64,000 nucleotides of DNA from Octopus sinensis (lineage: Eukaryota): the NCBI RefSeq assembly GCF_006345805.1, contig NC_043026.1, positions 4,092,001 to 4,156,000 on the forward strand, given 5' to 3'. A model generated the notes under the pieces. It saw only the letters and a program-made list of their open reading frames with translations, had not been told where the DNA came from and did not search any database. Below are positions 37,655 through 50,375 of this stretch, in pieces. The number at the start of each line of letters is the position of its first letter. Within the stretch, counting starts at the first letter, position 1. Made by a program: the position numbers and the translations under genes.

Positions 37655-39528
37655 CATGTCTATCTATACAAGTGTGGTTGTGTGGTTAGGAAGTTTGTTC
37701 CCTAACCACATGGTTCTGGGTTCGGGCCCTTTGCGTGGCAACTTGTGCAAGTGTCTTCTATTATAGCCCTTGACCAAACTCAGACTTGAGAGTGGATTTG
37801 ATAGCTGGAGACTGAAAGAAGCCTGTCATATATGCATGTGTGTGTGTCTGTCAACACCATTGGAAATTGCAGCTGTGATACCATTGCCGGTGGCACATAA
37901 GAAAACCATCTGAACGTGGCCGTTGCCAGCGCCGCCCCGACTGGCCTCGGGCCAGTGGCACGTACAAAGCACCATCCGTTCGTGGCTGTTGCCAGCCTTG
38001 CCTGGCCCTCGTGCCAGTGGCACGTACAAAGCACCATCCGTTCGTGGCTGTTGCCAGCCTCGCCTGGCACCTGTGCCGGTGGCACGTAAAAAGCACCCAC
38101 TACACTCACGGAGTGGTTGGCGTTAGGAAGGGCATCCAGCCGTAGAAACATTGCCAGATCAGACTGGGCCTGGTGCAACCTCGTGGCTTCCCAGACCCCA
38201 GTCAAACCGTCCAACCCATGCTAGCATGGAAAGCGGACGCTAAATGATGATGATGATGATATATATGCATATATATGTATGTCTATCTATACAAGTGTGG
38301 TTGTGTGGTTAGGAAGTTTTGTTTCCTAACCACATGGTTCTGGGTTCAGTCACACTGAGTAGCACCTTGTGTAAGTGTCTTCTATTATAGCCCTTGACCA
38401 AACTCAGACTTAAGAGTGGATTTGATAGCTGGAGACTGAAAGAAGCCTGTCATATATGCATGTGTGTGTGTCTTTGCGTGTGAGTTTCTGTTTATATTTT
38501 CCTCCTCTCCACCTGTGTAGGCGCTGGTTGTACACAAAAAGCTTATTCAGTCAGTGTTGTTCTCTTGCAGTCCATCACGGAAGCATATGCAGGCTTCTTG
38601 GCAGGTTATGCGGCCTTTGGGAACAAAAGGCTCATTCATGCAATGCCATTTGTCACAAGTTCTCCAGTCGACAAGCCTCTTTGTTATCGAATAGAATGGG
38701 GAAATATTTTACTGTTGTAGGAAACAAATTGCTGTTCGGTGGCACGTAAAAGCACCATCCGTTCGTGTCCGTTGCCAGCATCGCCTGGCCCTGTGCCGGT
38801 GGCACGTAAAAGCACCATCCGTTCGTGTCCGTTGCCAGCATCGCCTGGCCCTGTGCCGGTGACACGTAAAAGCACCATCCGTTCGTGTCCGTTGCCAGCA
38901 TCGCCTGGCCCCATGCCGGTGGCACGTAAAAGCACCATCTGTTCGTGTCCGTTGCCAGCATCGCCTAGCCCCCGTGCCGGTGACACGTAAAAGCACCATC
39001 CGTTCGTGGCCGTTTGCCAGCTCTGTCTGGCACCTGTGCGGGTGGCACGTAAAAAGCACCCACTACACTCACGGAGTGGTTGGCGTTAGGAAGGGCATCC
39101 AGCCGTAGAAACACTGCCAGATCTGACTGGGCCTGACGAAGCCTTCCAGCTTCACAGACCCCAGTTGAACCGTCCAACCCATGCTAGCATGGAAAGCGGA
39201 CGCTAAATGACGATGACGATGATGATGATGACAAGAAGGGCAGCCTGCTGGGTCAGAACTGACCTCAGGTGAAACAGCAAGAAGAACATGTTAAATCAGT
39301 GGTTCTCAGCTGGGGTCTGTATAAAAAGCAGGATAGTCATGGCTGGAACCTGTTTGATGAAAGAACGACTGGATGAGGTTGACCTGCAGCTAAACAAAGA
39401 CTAGAAAGGGCACTTTAGCTTATGTAGTCCTAGATGCATTATGTCTGAATAAAAAAATCAGGATGGTCACAAATGGAATGTCTTTGATCATAGATCTTTG
39501 ACTTGGTGCTAAACAACAATAAGAGACA

Positions 39529-39842
39529 GGATGGTCACAAGTGGAATGTCTTTGATCACAGGTTTGCTATGTGAATAAAGGACTGGATGGTCACAAGTGG
39601 AATGTCTTTGATCACAGGTTTGCTGTGTGAATAAAGGACTGGATGGTCACAAGTGGAATGTCCTTGATCACAGGTTTGCTGTGTGAATAGAGGACTGGAT
39701 GGTCACAAGTGGAATGTCCTTGATCACAGGTTTGCTGTGTGAATAGAGGACTGGATGGTCACAAGTGGAATGTCCTTGATCACAGGTTTGCTGTGTGAAT
39801 AAAGGACTGGATGGTCACAAGTGGAATGTCCTTGATCATAGA
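39529..39842 (+). repeat. 56-bp minisatellite, about 6 copies
   Basis: ggatggtcacaagtggaatgtc starts at 39529, 39585, 39641, 39697, 39753 and 39809. Confidence 0.9.
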
Positions 39843-40347
39843 TCTTTGAACTGGTGCTAAACAACATGAACAAAGAAGGACACACTAGATCTCGTAGTCT
39901 TAGATGCGCTGTATCTAAATAAGTGACAGGATGGTCACGAGTGGAATGTCTTTGATCACGTTTACTGGATCAAGATCGACCTGGTGCTAAACAACAGCAA
40001 GAAGAGAAAACACATTAGATCACATAGTTTTAGATACACTGTGTGAATAAAGGACGGGATGGTCACGAGTGGAATGTCTTTGATCACAGGTTTTCTGGAT
40101 CGAGATTGACCTGAGCTAAAACTGGAATTCTATCGGTTATGACGACCAAGGTTCCTGTTGATTTGATCAATGGAACAGCCTGTGGACTGTAGGCCAAGAA
40201 ATACCGACATTGTTAATTACACCCACCATTGCTGCTGCTGATGTTTAGAGCAACGACCTTTAATCCCACCCTCTCATATATAGATTAGATATCGTTATCT
40301 AAGTAAATCCGGGCGATTTGACAGCTAATTCTGTCTTTTGTCGGAGA

Positions 40348-40556
40348 TTATGGGGCATACTATGTACACGGGATGACAACTACTACAGTGTCCCCCAACG
40401 GCTGACACAGAGACACAGACAGACAACAGGCCGTACTGGTGAGAGAATACGAACCACTGACCAATCTCCCACACCCTGCCCCAGGAGACCTCTGTCCACT
40501 TGGTCACCTGGTGGGTTCCGCTCCTCCCACGTTCTACTTCCTTTGCACCACCAATC
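40348..40556 (+). other. Candidate upstream (5' UTR or coding) exon for LysM variant V2
   Basis: Unique and GC-richer than its flanks, ending at a perfect donor C|GTAAGT (40557). Its stop-free frame (...LPLHHQ-TC) is phase-compatible with the acceptor cctcAG| at 41924 (TC+A = Ser, then AAIL-M). The 5' boundary is uncertain. Confidence 0.4.
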
Positions 40557-41262
40557 GTAAGTTAGACGTCAAGCTGGTTGTATTATCTTTGTACACAAAC
40601 AAATGCCTCGTTCTTTTACTGCGAAGCCACGCTAATTTTTAGGGTAACTCTCCACATATATACGTACATACATACAGACATGTGCTCGCTGTGACCTTCA
40701 TGGAAATCCTTATTTGAACCCCGAATCCAGCCAACTGTGTATATGAACCTTATTATACATGCTGTTAGATGTTAACTAGAAATTCCTAGATCACTAACAT
40801 CCAAGCAAATCGAAGCTGTTATGTAAGAAAACATAAATATACACACACACACACAAACACATACTCACCTGATATTATGTTAATATATTGGAAGTTTTAA
40901 TCCAAGCAAAAACTGCGTAAATCCTTGAAAATCCACCAGAAAATTTTGCCAGATCTACAAAAGTTCACTGAATTCACGAAATTTAATTTAATCTACAAGA
41001 TTTAAGTAAGTTTCAAGGAAAATTTCTCTAATCCCAGAAATTTAGTTAAATTCACAATATGTGGATCAAACCCACAAATATCTGACAAAAATCTATAAAA
41101 TTTAATCAGACTCAGAAAATTTTTAACCAAATCCACAAAGATTTTTTGCTAGTTCTTCAAAAATTTGTGAAATCCACTGAGATTTGTCAAATTCAAAATC
41201 CATAAAATCCTAATTTCACAATTTGCCAAATCAACAAAATTTTAGCCAAATTCCCAGAAACT

Positions 41263-41630
41263 TTGCCTAATCCACAAATTTCAGTAAGTTTGTCAAAATT
41301 TAACCAAATTCACAAAATTTTACTAAACCCACCAAAATATTATCAAATCTGCGAAAATTTCAATCAGATTCTCAAAAATTTTGCCTAATCCACAAATTTC
41401 AGTAAGTTTGTCAAAATTTAACCAAATTCACAAAATTTTACTAAACCCACCAAAATATTATCAAATCTGCGAAAATTTCAATCAGATTCTCAAAAATTTT
41501 GCCTAATCCACAAATTTCAGTAAGTTTGTCAAAATTTAACCAAATTCACAAAATTTTACTAAACCCACCAAAATATTATCAAATCTGCGAAAATTTCAAT
41601 CAGATTCTCAAAAATTTTGCCAAATCCACA
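41263..41630 (+). repeat. 118-bp tandem repeat, 3 copies, inside an A/T-rich degenerate repeat field
   Basis: ttgcctaatccacaaatttc at 41263, 41381 and 41499, and ttgccaaatcc at 41617. Confidence 0.9.
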
Positions 41631-41937
41631 AAATTCTCAAAAACCTACTAAAATGACTGAAATTCCTTGAAATTTAAAAAAACAAAGCTGATATACTCAA
41701 AATCTACCAAATCCATCATAAAATCTTATTAAATTCCACCAAATTGAGAGAAAGGAAAAAGAAAAAAACTCGCCTAAATCATCAGGACTCAACCAAACCT
41801 TCCAAGATCTTGCCAACCATATAACCCCACATATACACATTAGGGATATACGTACACAAATACATAATCCTGAACATATATACGTACATAAAAAACATAC
41901 AGGCTTAAAATACGTGTACCTCAGAGCAGCCATATTG

Positions 41938-42033
41938 ATGTCGGAGATGAAGGATTTTGGCAGGCATTACTTTCGCCACCGCCTTCGGGCCCAGGACTCT
42001 CTGGTCAGCATCGCGTTGAAGTACCAAGTATCG
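41938..42033 (+). CDS. LysM half-domain exon, variant V2: MSEMKDFGRHYFRHRLRAQDSLVSIALKYQVS
   Basis: Aligns residue for residue with V1 (HxxxxxDSLVxIALKYxVS) and ends with the identical TCG|GTGAGT phase-0 donor at 42034. Upstream AGs at 41924, 41926 and 41929 give phase 2, 1 and 1. Confidence 0.85.
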
Positions 42034-42109
42034 GTGAGTACCAAAGAATCATGCTGCCAGAATTGTGAATCAGGGAGCCTTACATGCATAACACTAATAA
42101 CGCTTCCAT

Positions 42110-44060
42110 GTCTTTCTTCCTTCCTTCCTTTCTTTCTTCCTTCTTCCTTTCCTGCCTTTCTTTCTTAATTTCTTTCTTTATTTCTTCCTTTCATTCTTTC
42201 TTTCTCTCTCTCCTTTCCTTCCCTTTCTTTCTTCCTTTCATTCTCCTTTCCTTCCTTCCTTCTTTCATTTCTTTCCTTCTTTCCTTTCTCCTTTCCTTTA
42301 TTTCTTTCTTCCAATCATTCTTTCCTTCCTTTCTTCCTTCCACCCTTCCTGCCTGCCTTTCTCTCTCTCTCTCCCTTCCTTCCTTCCCTTTCTTTCTTCT
42401 TTTCATTCTCCTTTCCTTCCTTTCTTCCTTCCATCCCTTCCTGCCTTTCTTCTTTCTTTCTTCATTTCTTTCTGTATTTCTTCCTTTCATTCTTTCTTCC
42501 ACCCTTCCTGCCTTTCATTCTTCCTTCCACCCTTTCTTTCTTTCTTTCTTTCTTTCTTTCTGTCTCTCCCTTCCTTCTCCTCTTTCTTCATTTCATTCTC
42601 CTTTCCTTCCTTCCTTCTTTCATTTCTTTCTTTCCTTTCTTCCATCCCTTCCTGCCTTTCTTTATTTCTTCCTTCCTGCCTTTCTTCATTTCATTCTTTC
42701 TTTCTTTCTTCCATACTCGTCTGCCTTTCTTTATTTCTTCCTTCCTACCTTTCTTTCTTTCTTTCTTCATTTCTTCCTTTCATTCTTCCTTCCACCCTTC
42801 CTGTCTTTCTTTCTTTCTCTCCTCTCTCCCTTCCTTCCCTTTCTTTCTTCTTTTCATTCTCCTTTCCTTCCTTCCTCCTTTCATTTCTTTCTTCTTTCCT
42901 TTCTTCCTTTCATCCTCTAACCCTTCCTTTATTTCTTTCTTCCAGTCATTCTTTCTCCATTCATTCCTTCATTTCTTTCATTTTCCTTCCTTTCTTCCTT
43001 CTTTCCTTCCTGCTTTTCGTTCTTCCTTCTTTCATTCTTTCTTTCTCCCTTACATCCTTCATTTCTTTCATTTTCCTTCCTTTCTTCCTTCTTTCCTTCC
43101 TGCTTTTCGTTCTTCCTTCTTTCATTCTTTCTTTCTCCCTTACATCCTTCATTTCTTTCATTTTCCTTCCTTTCTTCCTTCTTTCCTTCCTGCTTTTCGT
43201 TCTTCCTTTCTTCCTTTCATTCTTTCTCCCTTACATCCTTCATTTCTTTCATTTTTCCTTCCTTTCTTCCTTCTTTCCTTCCTGCTTTTCGTTCTTCCTT
43301 CCTTCCTTTCATTCTTTCTCCCTTACATCCTTCATTTCTTTCATTTTTCCTTCCTTTCTTCCTTCTTTCCTTCCTGCTTTTCGTTCTTCCTTCCTTCCTT
43401 TCATTCTTTCTCCCTTACATCCTTCATTTCTTTCATTTTTCCTTCCTTTCTTCCTTCTTTCCTTCCTGCTTTTCGTTCTTACTTCCTTCCTTTCATTCTT
43501 TCTCCCTTACATCCTTCATTTCTTTCATTTTTCCTTCCTTTCTTCCTTCTTTCCTTCCTGCTTTTCGTTCTTCCTTCCTTCCTTTCATTCTCCCTTCCTT
43601 CCTTTCATTCTTTCTCCCTTACATCCTTCATTTCTTTCATTTTTCCTTCCTTTCTTCCTTCTTCCCTTCCTGCTTTCTTTCTTCTTTTCTTTATTTCTTT
43701 CTTCCTTTCATTCTTTCTTTCTCCCTTACATCCTTCATTTCTTTCATTTTTCCTTCCTTTCTTCCTTCTTCCCTTCCTGCCTTTCTTTCTTTTCTTTATT
43801 TCTTTCTTCCTTTCATTCTTTCTTTCCCTTACATCCTTCATTTCTTTCATTTTTCCTTCCTTTCTTCCTTCTTCCCTTCCTGCCTTTCTTTCTTTTTTAT
43901 TTTTCTCCTTTCATTTTTCTCCTTACATCCTTCATTTCTTTCATTTTTCCTTCCTTTCTTCCTTCTTCCCTTCCTGCCTTTCTTTCTTCTTTTCTTTATT
44001 TCTTTCTTCCTTTCATTCTTTCTTTCTCTTTCCCTTCCTTCCTTCTTTCCTTCCCCTTAG
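42110..44060 (+). repeat. Polypyrimidine tract of about 1.95 kb with higher-order units of about 60-90 bp in its right half
   Basis: Almost purely C/T. ctcccttacatccttcatttctttcattttt recurs more than 10 times from about 43040 to 43940. Confidence 0.95.
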
Positions 44061-44990
44061 AGCAATTTGTCTTTTACTAATTCTTTTGTTTATTTTTACT
44101 GGGTTTTTTTCTTACCTGTATCTAACAGTCTTTGATGACTTCTAATTAGAATTTACCTCAAAGTTGTTCATTTGTTCTATTCGTATGAATTACATCATTG
44201 GCACTCAACCCGTCTTTACCTATGGAGTCCTTTGGTCCCTATTTCCCTCGAGTGGACCCTCATAGCCATTCGATATACTCTTTTAATCTTTTACTTGTTT
44301 CAGTCATTTGACTGCGGCCATGCTGGAGCACCGCCTTTAATCGAGCAACTCGACCCCAGGACTTATTCTTTGTAAGCCCAGTACTTATTCTATCGATCGG
44401 TCTCTTTTGCCGAACCGCTAAGTGACGGGGACATAAAGACACCAGCATCGGTTGTCAAGCAATGCTAGGGGGACAAACACACACACACATATATATATAT
44501 ATACATATATACAACGGGCTTCTTTCAGTTTCCGTCTACCAAATCCACTCACAAGGCATTGGTCGGCCCTAGGCTATAGCAGAAGACACTTGCCCAAGAT
44601 GCTACGCAGTGGGACTGAACCCAGAACCATGTGGTTGGTTCGCAAGCTACTTACCACACAGCCATGTATACAAAATTTTATTATATTTTTATAACTATAG
44701 GTGCAGGCATGGCTGTGTGGTAAGTAGCTTGCGAACCAACCACATGGTTCTGGGTTCAGTCCCACTGTGTGACACCTTGGGCAAGTGTCTTCTACTGTAA
44801 CCTTTGGCCAACCAAAGCCTTGTGAGTGGATTTGATAGACGGAAACTGAAAGAAGCCTATATATATATCTCTCTTTTACATGTTTCAGTCATTTGACTGC
44901 GGCCATGCTGGAGCACTGCCTTTAGTCGAAGAAATCGACCCTAGGACTACTCTTTGTATATGTATATATATATAATATATATATATATAT

Positions 44991-45025
<35 letters not shown>

Positions 45026-45431
45026 GTGTGTGTGTGTGTGTATATACTCTTTTACTCTTTTACTTGTTTCAGTCATTTGACTGCGGCCATGCTGGAGCAC
45101 CGCCTTTAATCGAGCAACTCGACCCCGGGACTTATTCTTTGTAAGCCCAGTACTTATTCTATTGGTTGTCAAGCAATGCTAGGGGGACAAACACAGACAC
45201 ACAAACATATACGCTCACGCATGTATACACATATATACGACGGGCTTCTTTTCAGTTTCCGTCTACCAAATCCACTCACAAGGCTTTGGTCGGCCCGAGG
45301 CTATAGTAGAAGACACTTGCCCAAGATGCCACACAGATGGACAGAACCCGGAACCATGTGGTTGGTAAACAAGCTACTTACCACACAGCCACTCCCGCGC
45401 ATATATAAGTATTTATATGTGTGTGTGTGTC

Positions 45432-45512
<81 letters not shown>

Positions 45513-45790
45513 ACACATATCATTGAGGATTGGAAGAATGTATTAATTATTTCAGCCTGGCTGTGTTTGTAGACAGTTGAAGACAATACTTTGAAAAAAA
45601 AAAATAAATAAAATGATAGTATATTGTAGTCGCAGGTGGGGCCCTCTTGTAGTCGCAGGTGGGCCCCCTTAGTCTCCTGGCAACCAATATTTTTAAACCT
45701 AGTCCGCCACTGTTTGAGGGATATGAAAGTACAACAGGGGGATAAGAGAAGCAAGTGTCTTGTACAAGAAGCAGTTACATGGCTTCTCTA

Positions 45791-45832
<42 letters not shown>

Positions 45833-46057
45833 ATAAATCAGCTGACGACTCTTTGAATTTATATTAGTTTTTAATTACATCTATTTATAAACTCCAATAG
45901 TTGTCTCTCTCTCCCCATCTTAGTACTGTTTTTTGACTTTCTCCTCTTCACAGTATGGATGCTTTTGTGTGCATTTACCCTTCCCTTTCCCACCCTCTCT
46001 TATATTTCTTGTTGGCTTATACTGGTGCCAATTACTACCTCGTGGTGTCTGTGTGTT

Positions 46058-46094
<37 letters not shown>

Positions 46095-46096
<2 letters not shown>

Positions 46097-47009
46097 TCAT
46101 CATCATCATTTAGCGTCTGTTTTCCATGCTAGCATGGGTTTGACGGTTCTACTGGGGTCTGTGAAGCCAGAAGGCTTCATCAGGCCCAGTCAAATCTGGC
46201 AGTGTTTCTACGGCTGGATGCCCTTCCTAACGCCAACCACTCCGTGAGTGTAGTGGGTCTTTACGTGCCACCCGCACTGGTGCCAGACAGAGGTGGCAAA
46301 CGGCCACGAACGGATGGTGCTTTTTATGTGCCACCGGCACGAGGGCCAGGCGAGGCTGGGCAACGGACACGAAACGGGGCGGTGGTGTGCTGGCAACGTT
46401 CGCGAAACGGAAAGTTCTCTTACATGCCACCGGCACTGGTAACACATCTGCAATTTCCATTGATCGATTTCGATTCTGATCCTCACTTGCCTCAAGGGTT
46501 CTTCACAAGCAGAGTTTCGACATGCCACCGGCACTGGTAGCACATCCGCAATTTCATTGATCGATTTCGATTCTGATCCTCACTTGCCTCAACACGTCTT
46601 CACAAGTAGAGTTTTGTGTCCCAAGAAGGGAAGGTATGCATACGTAGGCTGGCTCCATCCCATGTAGAAGGCCACGGGTTGTGGACTCACTTGTCCTGCC
46701 GGGTCTTCTCGCGCACAGCACACTTCCAGAGGTCTCGGTCTCTAGTCATTTCTCAGTGAGACCTAAAGTTCGAAGGTCGTGCTTCAACCACCTCGTCCAG
46801 GTTTTCCTGGGTCTGCCTCTTCACAGGTTCCCTCAACGCTAGGGTGTGGCACTTTTTCACACAACTATCTTCATCCATTCTCGCCCACATGACCTACCAG
46901 CGCAAACGCTCTCTTGCACAACCACATCTGATGCTTCTTAGGTCCAGCTTTTCTCTCAAGGTACTTCACTCTGCCGAGTGTGAGTACCGGCATTACACAT
47001 CCATCGGAG
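46095..47009 (-). mobile_element. 5'-truncated RTE LINE: frameshifted RT C-terminus (46687-47009) plus a long 3' UTR ending in (TGA)n
   Basis: Pieces LRWMCN..., TLREKLDLRSIRCG...RLRW, MDEDSCVKKCHTL, KHDLRTLGLTE and MTRDRDLWKCAVREKTRQDK*, broken by several frameshifts and stops. Confidence 0.85.
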
Positions 47010-47137
47010 CATATAATATATATATATATATAGTTAATCCAAACAAGAAACCAAAAAACAAAAAAAAAAAAAACAACGCGAGGACATGGAACAAATAAAG
47101 TATTATTGGACGCTCAGGAAAGAAGGGAAGAAGATGG

Positions 47138-47172
47138 GTTTGACGTTTCGAGCGGAGCTCTTCGTCGGAAAC
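47138..47172 (-). ncRNA. Minimal type I hammerhead motif (U4-to-C variant) in a Penelope-like terminal repeat fragment
   Basis: Minus strand GTTT CCGACGA A GAGC TCC GCTC GAAACGTC^AAAC. Stem I is GTTT/AAAC, stem II is 4 bp, and stem III is the loopless palindrome ACGT. Confidence 0.65.
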
Positions 47173-47410
47173 ATAGGAGAAGGAAAGATATATGTGTGTG
47201 TGTGTATGTTTGTATTTGTATATATAAATATATATATATATATATCGTGACGTATATTTGCCATCTCAATATGGCTACCCCTAAGGGTGGATGCTACTGT
47301 AGTTTTTAGCCCCAGGAGGACACACTCCTCCAGCTGGCCATAGACACACTTTCTGTGTCCTGTCAGTATTTGCAAAGGGAAGTCATCCTTCCCGTCTCCA
47401 ACTTATGATA

Positions 47411-47455
47411 CACATGGACTCGAGTTTCGAGGTATTGACCTCTCGTCAGCGTGTG
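47411..47455 (-). ncRNA. Type I hammerhead ribozyme motif, intact core
   Basis: Minus strand CACACG CTGACGA GAGG TCAATA CCTC GAAACTCGAGTC^CATGTG. It has the full CUGANGA and GAAA core, a G-C pair closing stem II, a palindromic stem III (ACTCGAGT), a GUC triplet, and stem I with one mismatch. Confidence 0.8.
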
Positions 47456-48229
47456 ACAATCACAGTTGTCAGCGAGAATTAGATTTCCTTCACAAATACT
47501 TATACTTTTTCCAGCGTCCACTGTCGCATAGGAGTGGCTGCGTGGTAAGAAGCTTGTGTCTCAACCACATGGTTCCGGGTTCAGTCCCACTGCGTGACAC
47601 CTTAGGCAAGTGTCTTCTACTATAGCCTTCGGCTGACCAAAGTCTTATGAGTGGATTTGGTAGACAGAAACTGAAAGAAGCCCATTGTATATATGTATAT
47701 ATATCATCATCATCATCATCGTTTCACATCCGCTTTCCATGCTAGCATGGGTTGGACGGTTCGACCGGGGTTTGGGAAGCAAGGAGGCTGCACCAGGCCC
47801 AGTGTGATCTGGCAGTGTTTCTACAGCTGGATGCCCTTCCTAACGCCAACCACTCCGTGAGTGTAGTGGGTGCTTTTTACGTGCCATATATGTATATATA
47901 TATATGTATGTATGTATGTGTATATGTTTGTGTGTCTGTGTTTGTCACCCCAACATCGCTTGACAACCGATGCTGGTGTGTTTATGTCCCTGTTACTTAG
48001 CGGTTCGGCAAAAAGAGACTGATAGAATAAGTACTGGGCTTACAAAAGAATAAGTCCCGGGGTCGAGTTGCTTGACTAAAGGTGGTGCTCCAGCATGGCC
48101 ACAGTCAAATGACTAAAACAAGTAAAAGAGTATAATGTATATACCTATATGTATATATTTATGTGTATATGTATAATATATATATATATATTATAATATA
48201 TATATATATATATATATTATTATTATATC

Positions 48230-48534
48230 TATATTGTATAGAGGGCATTATTTTATAAACATTCCATGTGCTTGGCCGGAGTGAATAGATGTCTGTTCGT
48301 CTTTGCTAGGTAAGGTTGGTGGTTATTTATGATGTGTTTCAGAATCAGTTCTGCTGAGGATCATAAGACGTAAGTTAAATGTGAAATCACGGTGATACAG
48401 AACTAAATTCATTTTTTTAAATGTCTTGCTTTGAAGAACTGCATTTAGGTATGATTAGTGTAATTTTGGTAGTATGAGTTTTGTCCCTCTTAGTGTGAGG
48501 CATTTCTGTGTAATAATGCCCTCTATACAATATA
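48230..48534. mobile_element. 305-bp inverted-repeat-bounded element hosting a hammerhead (Penelope-like)
   Basis: Perfect 23-bp inverted repeats tatattgtatagagggcattatt and aataatgccctctatacaatata. Confidence 0.75.
48347..48404 (+). ncRNA. Type I hammerhead ribozyme motif on the plus (LysM-sense) strand
   Basis: AGTTCTG CTGAGGA TCATAAGACGTAAGTTAAATGT GAAATCACGGTGATA^CAGAACT. Stem I is a perfect 7 bp, the core is intact, stem III is ATCA/TGAT, and the triplet is AUA. Stem II is imperfect, with a U-U closing pair. Confidence 0.72.
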
Positions 48535-48782
48535 ATATAATAAATTTGTTCAAAAGAAAAAAATTATTTTCGAATTCTTTCTCTTTATGAGGTTTTCACG
48601 CTAACTACCTGATAATTTCTTGTTAAGATTCCTTATTAAGAAGTTATATCCTTAATTGATAAATATATATATATATATATACATACATATACACATAAAT
48701 ATATACATATATATATAGGTATATACATTATACTCTTTTACTCTTGTGGAATAGTATTATAGATATATATATAATATATATG

Positions 48783-48818
<36 letters not shown>

Positions 48819-48951
48819 TATATAATATTTGTATGTGTATATGTGTGAACACATGTCTACAGTTTTAATTGACTCTTAAAATTCTCCAGGAAACCTGCAC
48901 AGCTGTGGTAAATAGCTGCATTCTCTGTCAGTTTGTTTGCTTCTATCGCCA

Positions 48952-48983
<32 letters not shown>

Positions 48984-49475
48984 TCCCTCTCTGTCTCAGT
49001 TATATGTCTGTGTAGATGTACACAAGGACGTAGATTACTTACATACATACATGTTCAACCGAACAAACAGGCAATACTATTCCATTGTGTAATTTTATTA
49101 CAATGCAAAATTGAATGTCTGGGCACCTCTTTAATTAGTCTTTTCTCCTCATGGACAATGCCACGGCGGTTTTAGTTCCTCGTACACCCTCTTATCCCCA
49201 CAACCACAACCACCACCACTACCACCGCCACAGCGCATAGATACATGCCATAAGCCTCCGCTTCTCGCCCCTATCCCCTCCCGTTCTCCTCACCATTATT
49301 GCCAAAACAAAACCAGAACCCGACTTTAATATGTTGAAAGGTAACGAGATGGCGTGGAGGTGAGCTAACAGATGTCTATTCTTCCAGCAGGATGACGTAT
49401 TAAGTTTTTAAATGCTTTAATGAGAGTAATTAAATCGTGTTGGAATGTAGCCACGTGCGTGTGTTTGTGTGTATC

Positions 49476-49528
<53 letters not shown>

Positions 49529-50375
49529 CAGAGACAGACAGAGAGGAGGTGCATACCTTTCACTTTTTTGTTCAGTCCTTACTTGTGTTCCAGGCATTGG
49601 ACTGAGGCCACGCTGTATATATAGCTGTGGCTGTGTGGTAAGTAGCTTGCTAACCAACCACATGGTTCCGGGTTCAGTCCCACTGCGTGGCATCTTGGGC
49701 AAGTGTCTTCTGCTATAGCCCCGGGCCAACCATGCCTTGTGAGTGGATTGGTAGAGACGGAAACTGAAAGAAGCCTGTCGTATATATATGTATATATATA
49801 TAGTATGTGTTTGTGTGTCTGTGTTTGTCCCCCTAGTATTGCTTGACAACCGATGCTGGTGTGTTTACGTCCCCGTCACTTAGCGGTTCGGCAAAAGAGA
49901 CCGATAGAATAAGTACTGGACTTACAAAGAATAAGTCCCGGGGTCGATTTGCTCGACTAAAGGCGGTGCTCCAGCATGGCCGCAGTCAAATGACTGAAAC
50001 AAGTAAAAGAGTAAAAGAGAAAGAGTATATATATAGTATAGGAAAGAATGGAGCTGAACGAAGATTTAACAAAATTCCTTTATTTTATTTTCGACATATG
50101 TTTCAAATTTCCGGACTAAGGCACGGAGTTTATGCCCTATGGTTGTAACTTCACCGTGCTTTTTCTGTTATGAGTTTGTACCAGGTATCGGTTATCTTTC
50201 AAATTATCCATATAGATAATTCATTGTCTACTTAGCGGCCTATTAATAATAATACTGTAATTGTTCCATGTTGTTGTTTGTTTTTTTGTTTCCCGTTTGG
50301 GATTAAATTATATTATATGTCATATATATATATATATGGATGTATGTATGTATGTATATGTATGTATGTATATAC

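Noticed and set aside
38570-38725. Acceptor followed by an open frame (SITEAYAGFLAGYAAFGNKRL...)
   Set aside because: It is phase 0 but shows no LysM or other recognisable similarity, ends in a stop and abuts an RTE 3' UTR. It is not supportable as an exon.
42084-42920. 278-aa F/L/S/P-rich ORF and the K/E/R-rich antisense ORFs; likewise 57264-58394
   Set aside because: They are products of homopyrimidine tracts with no domain structure.
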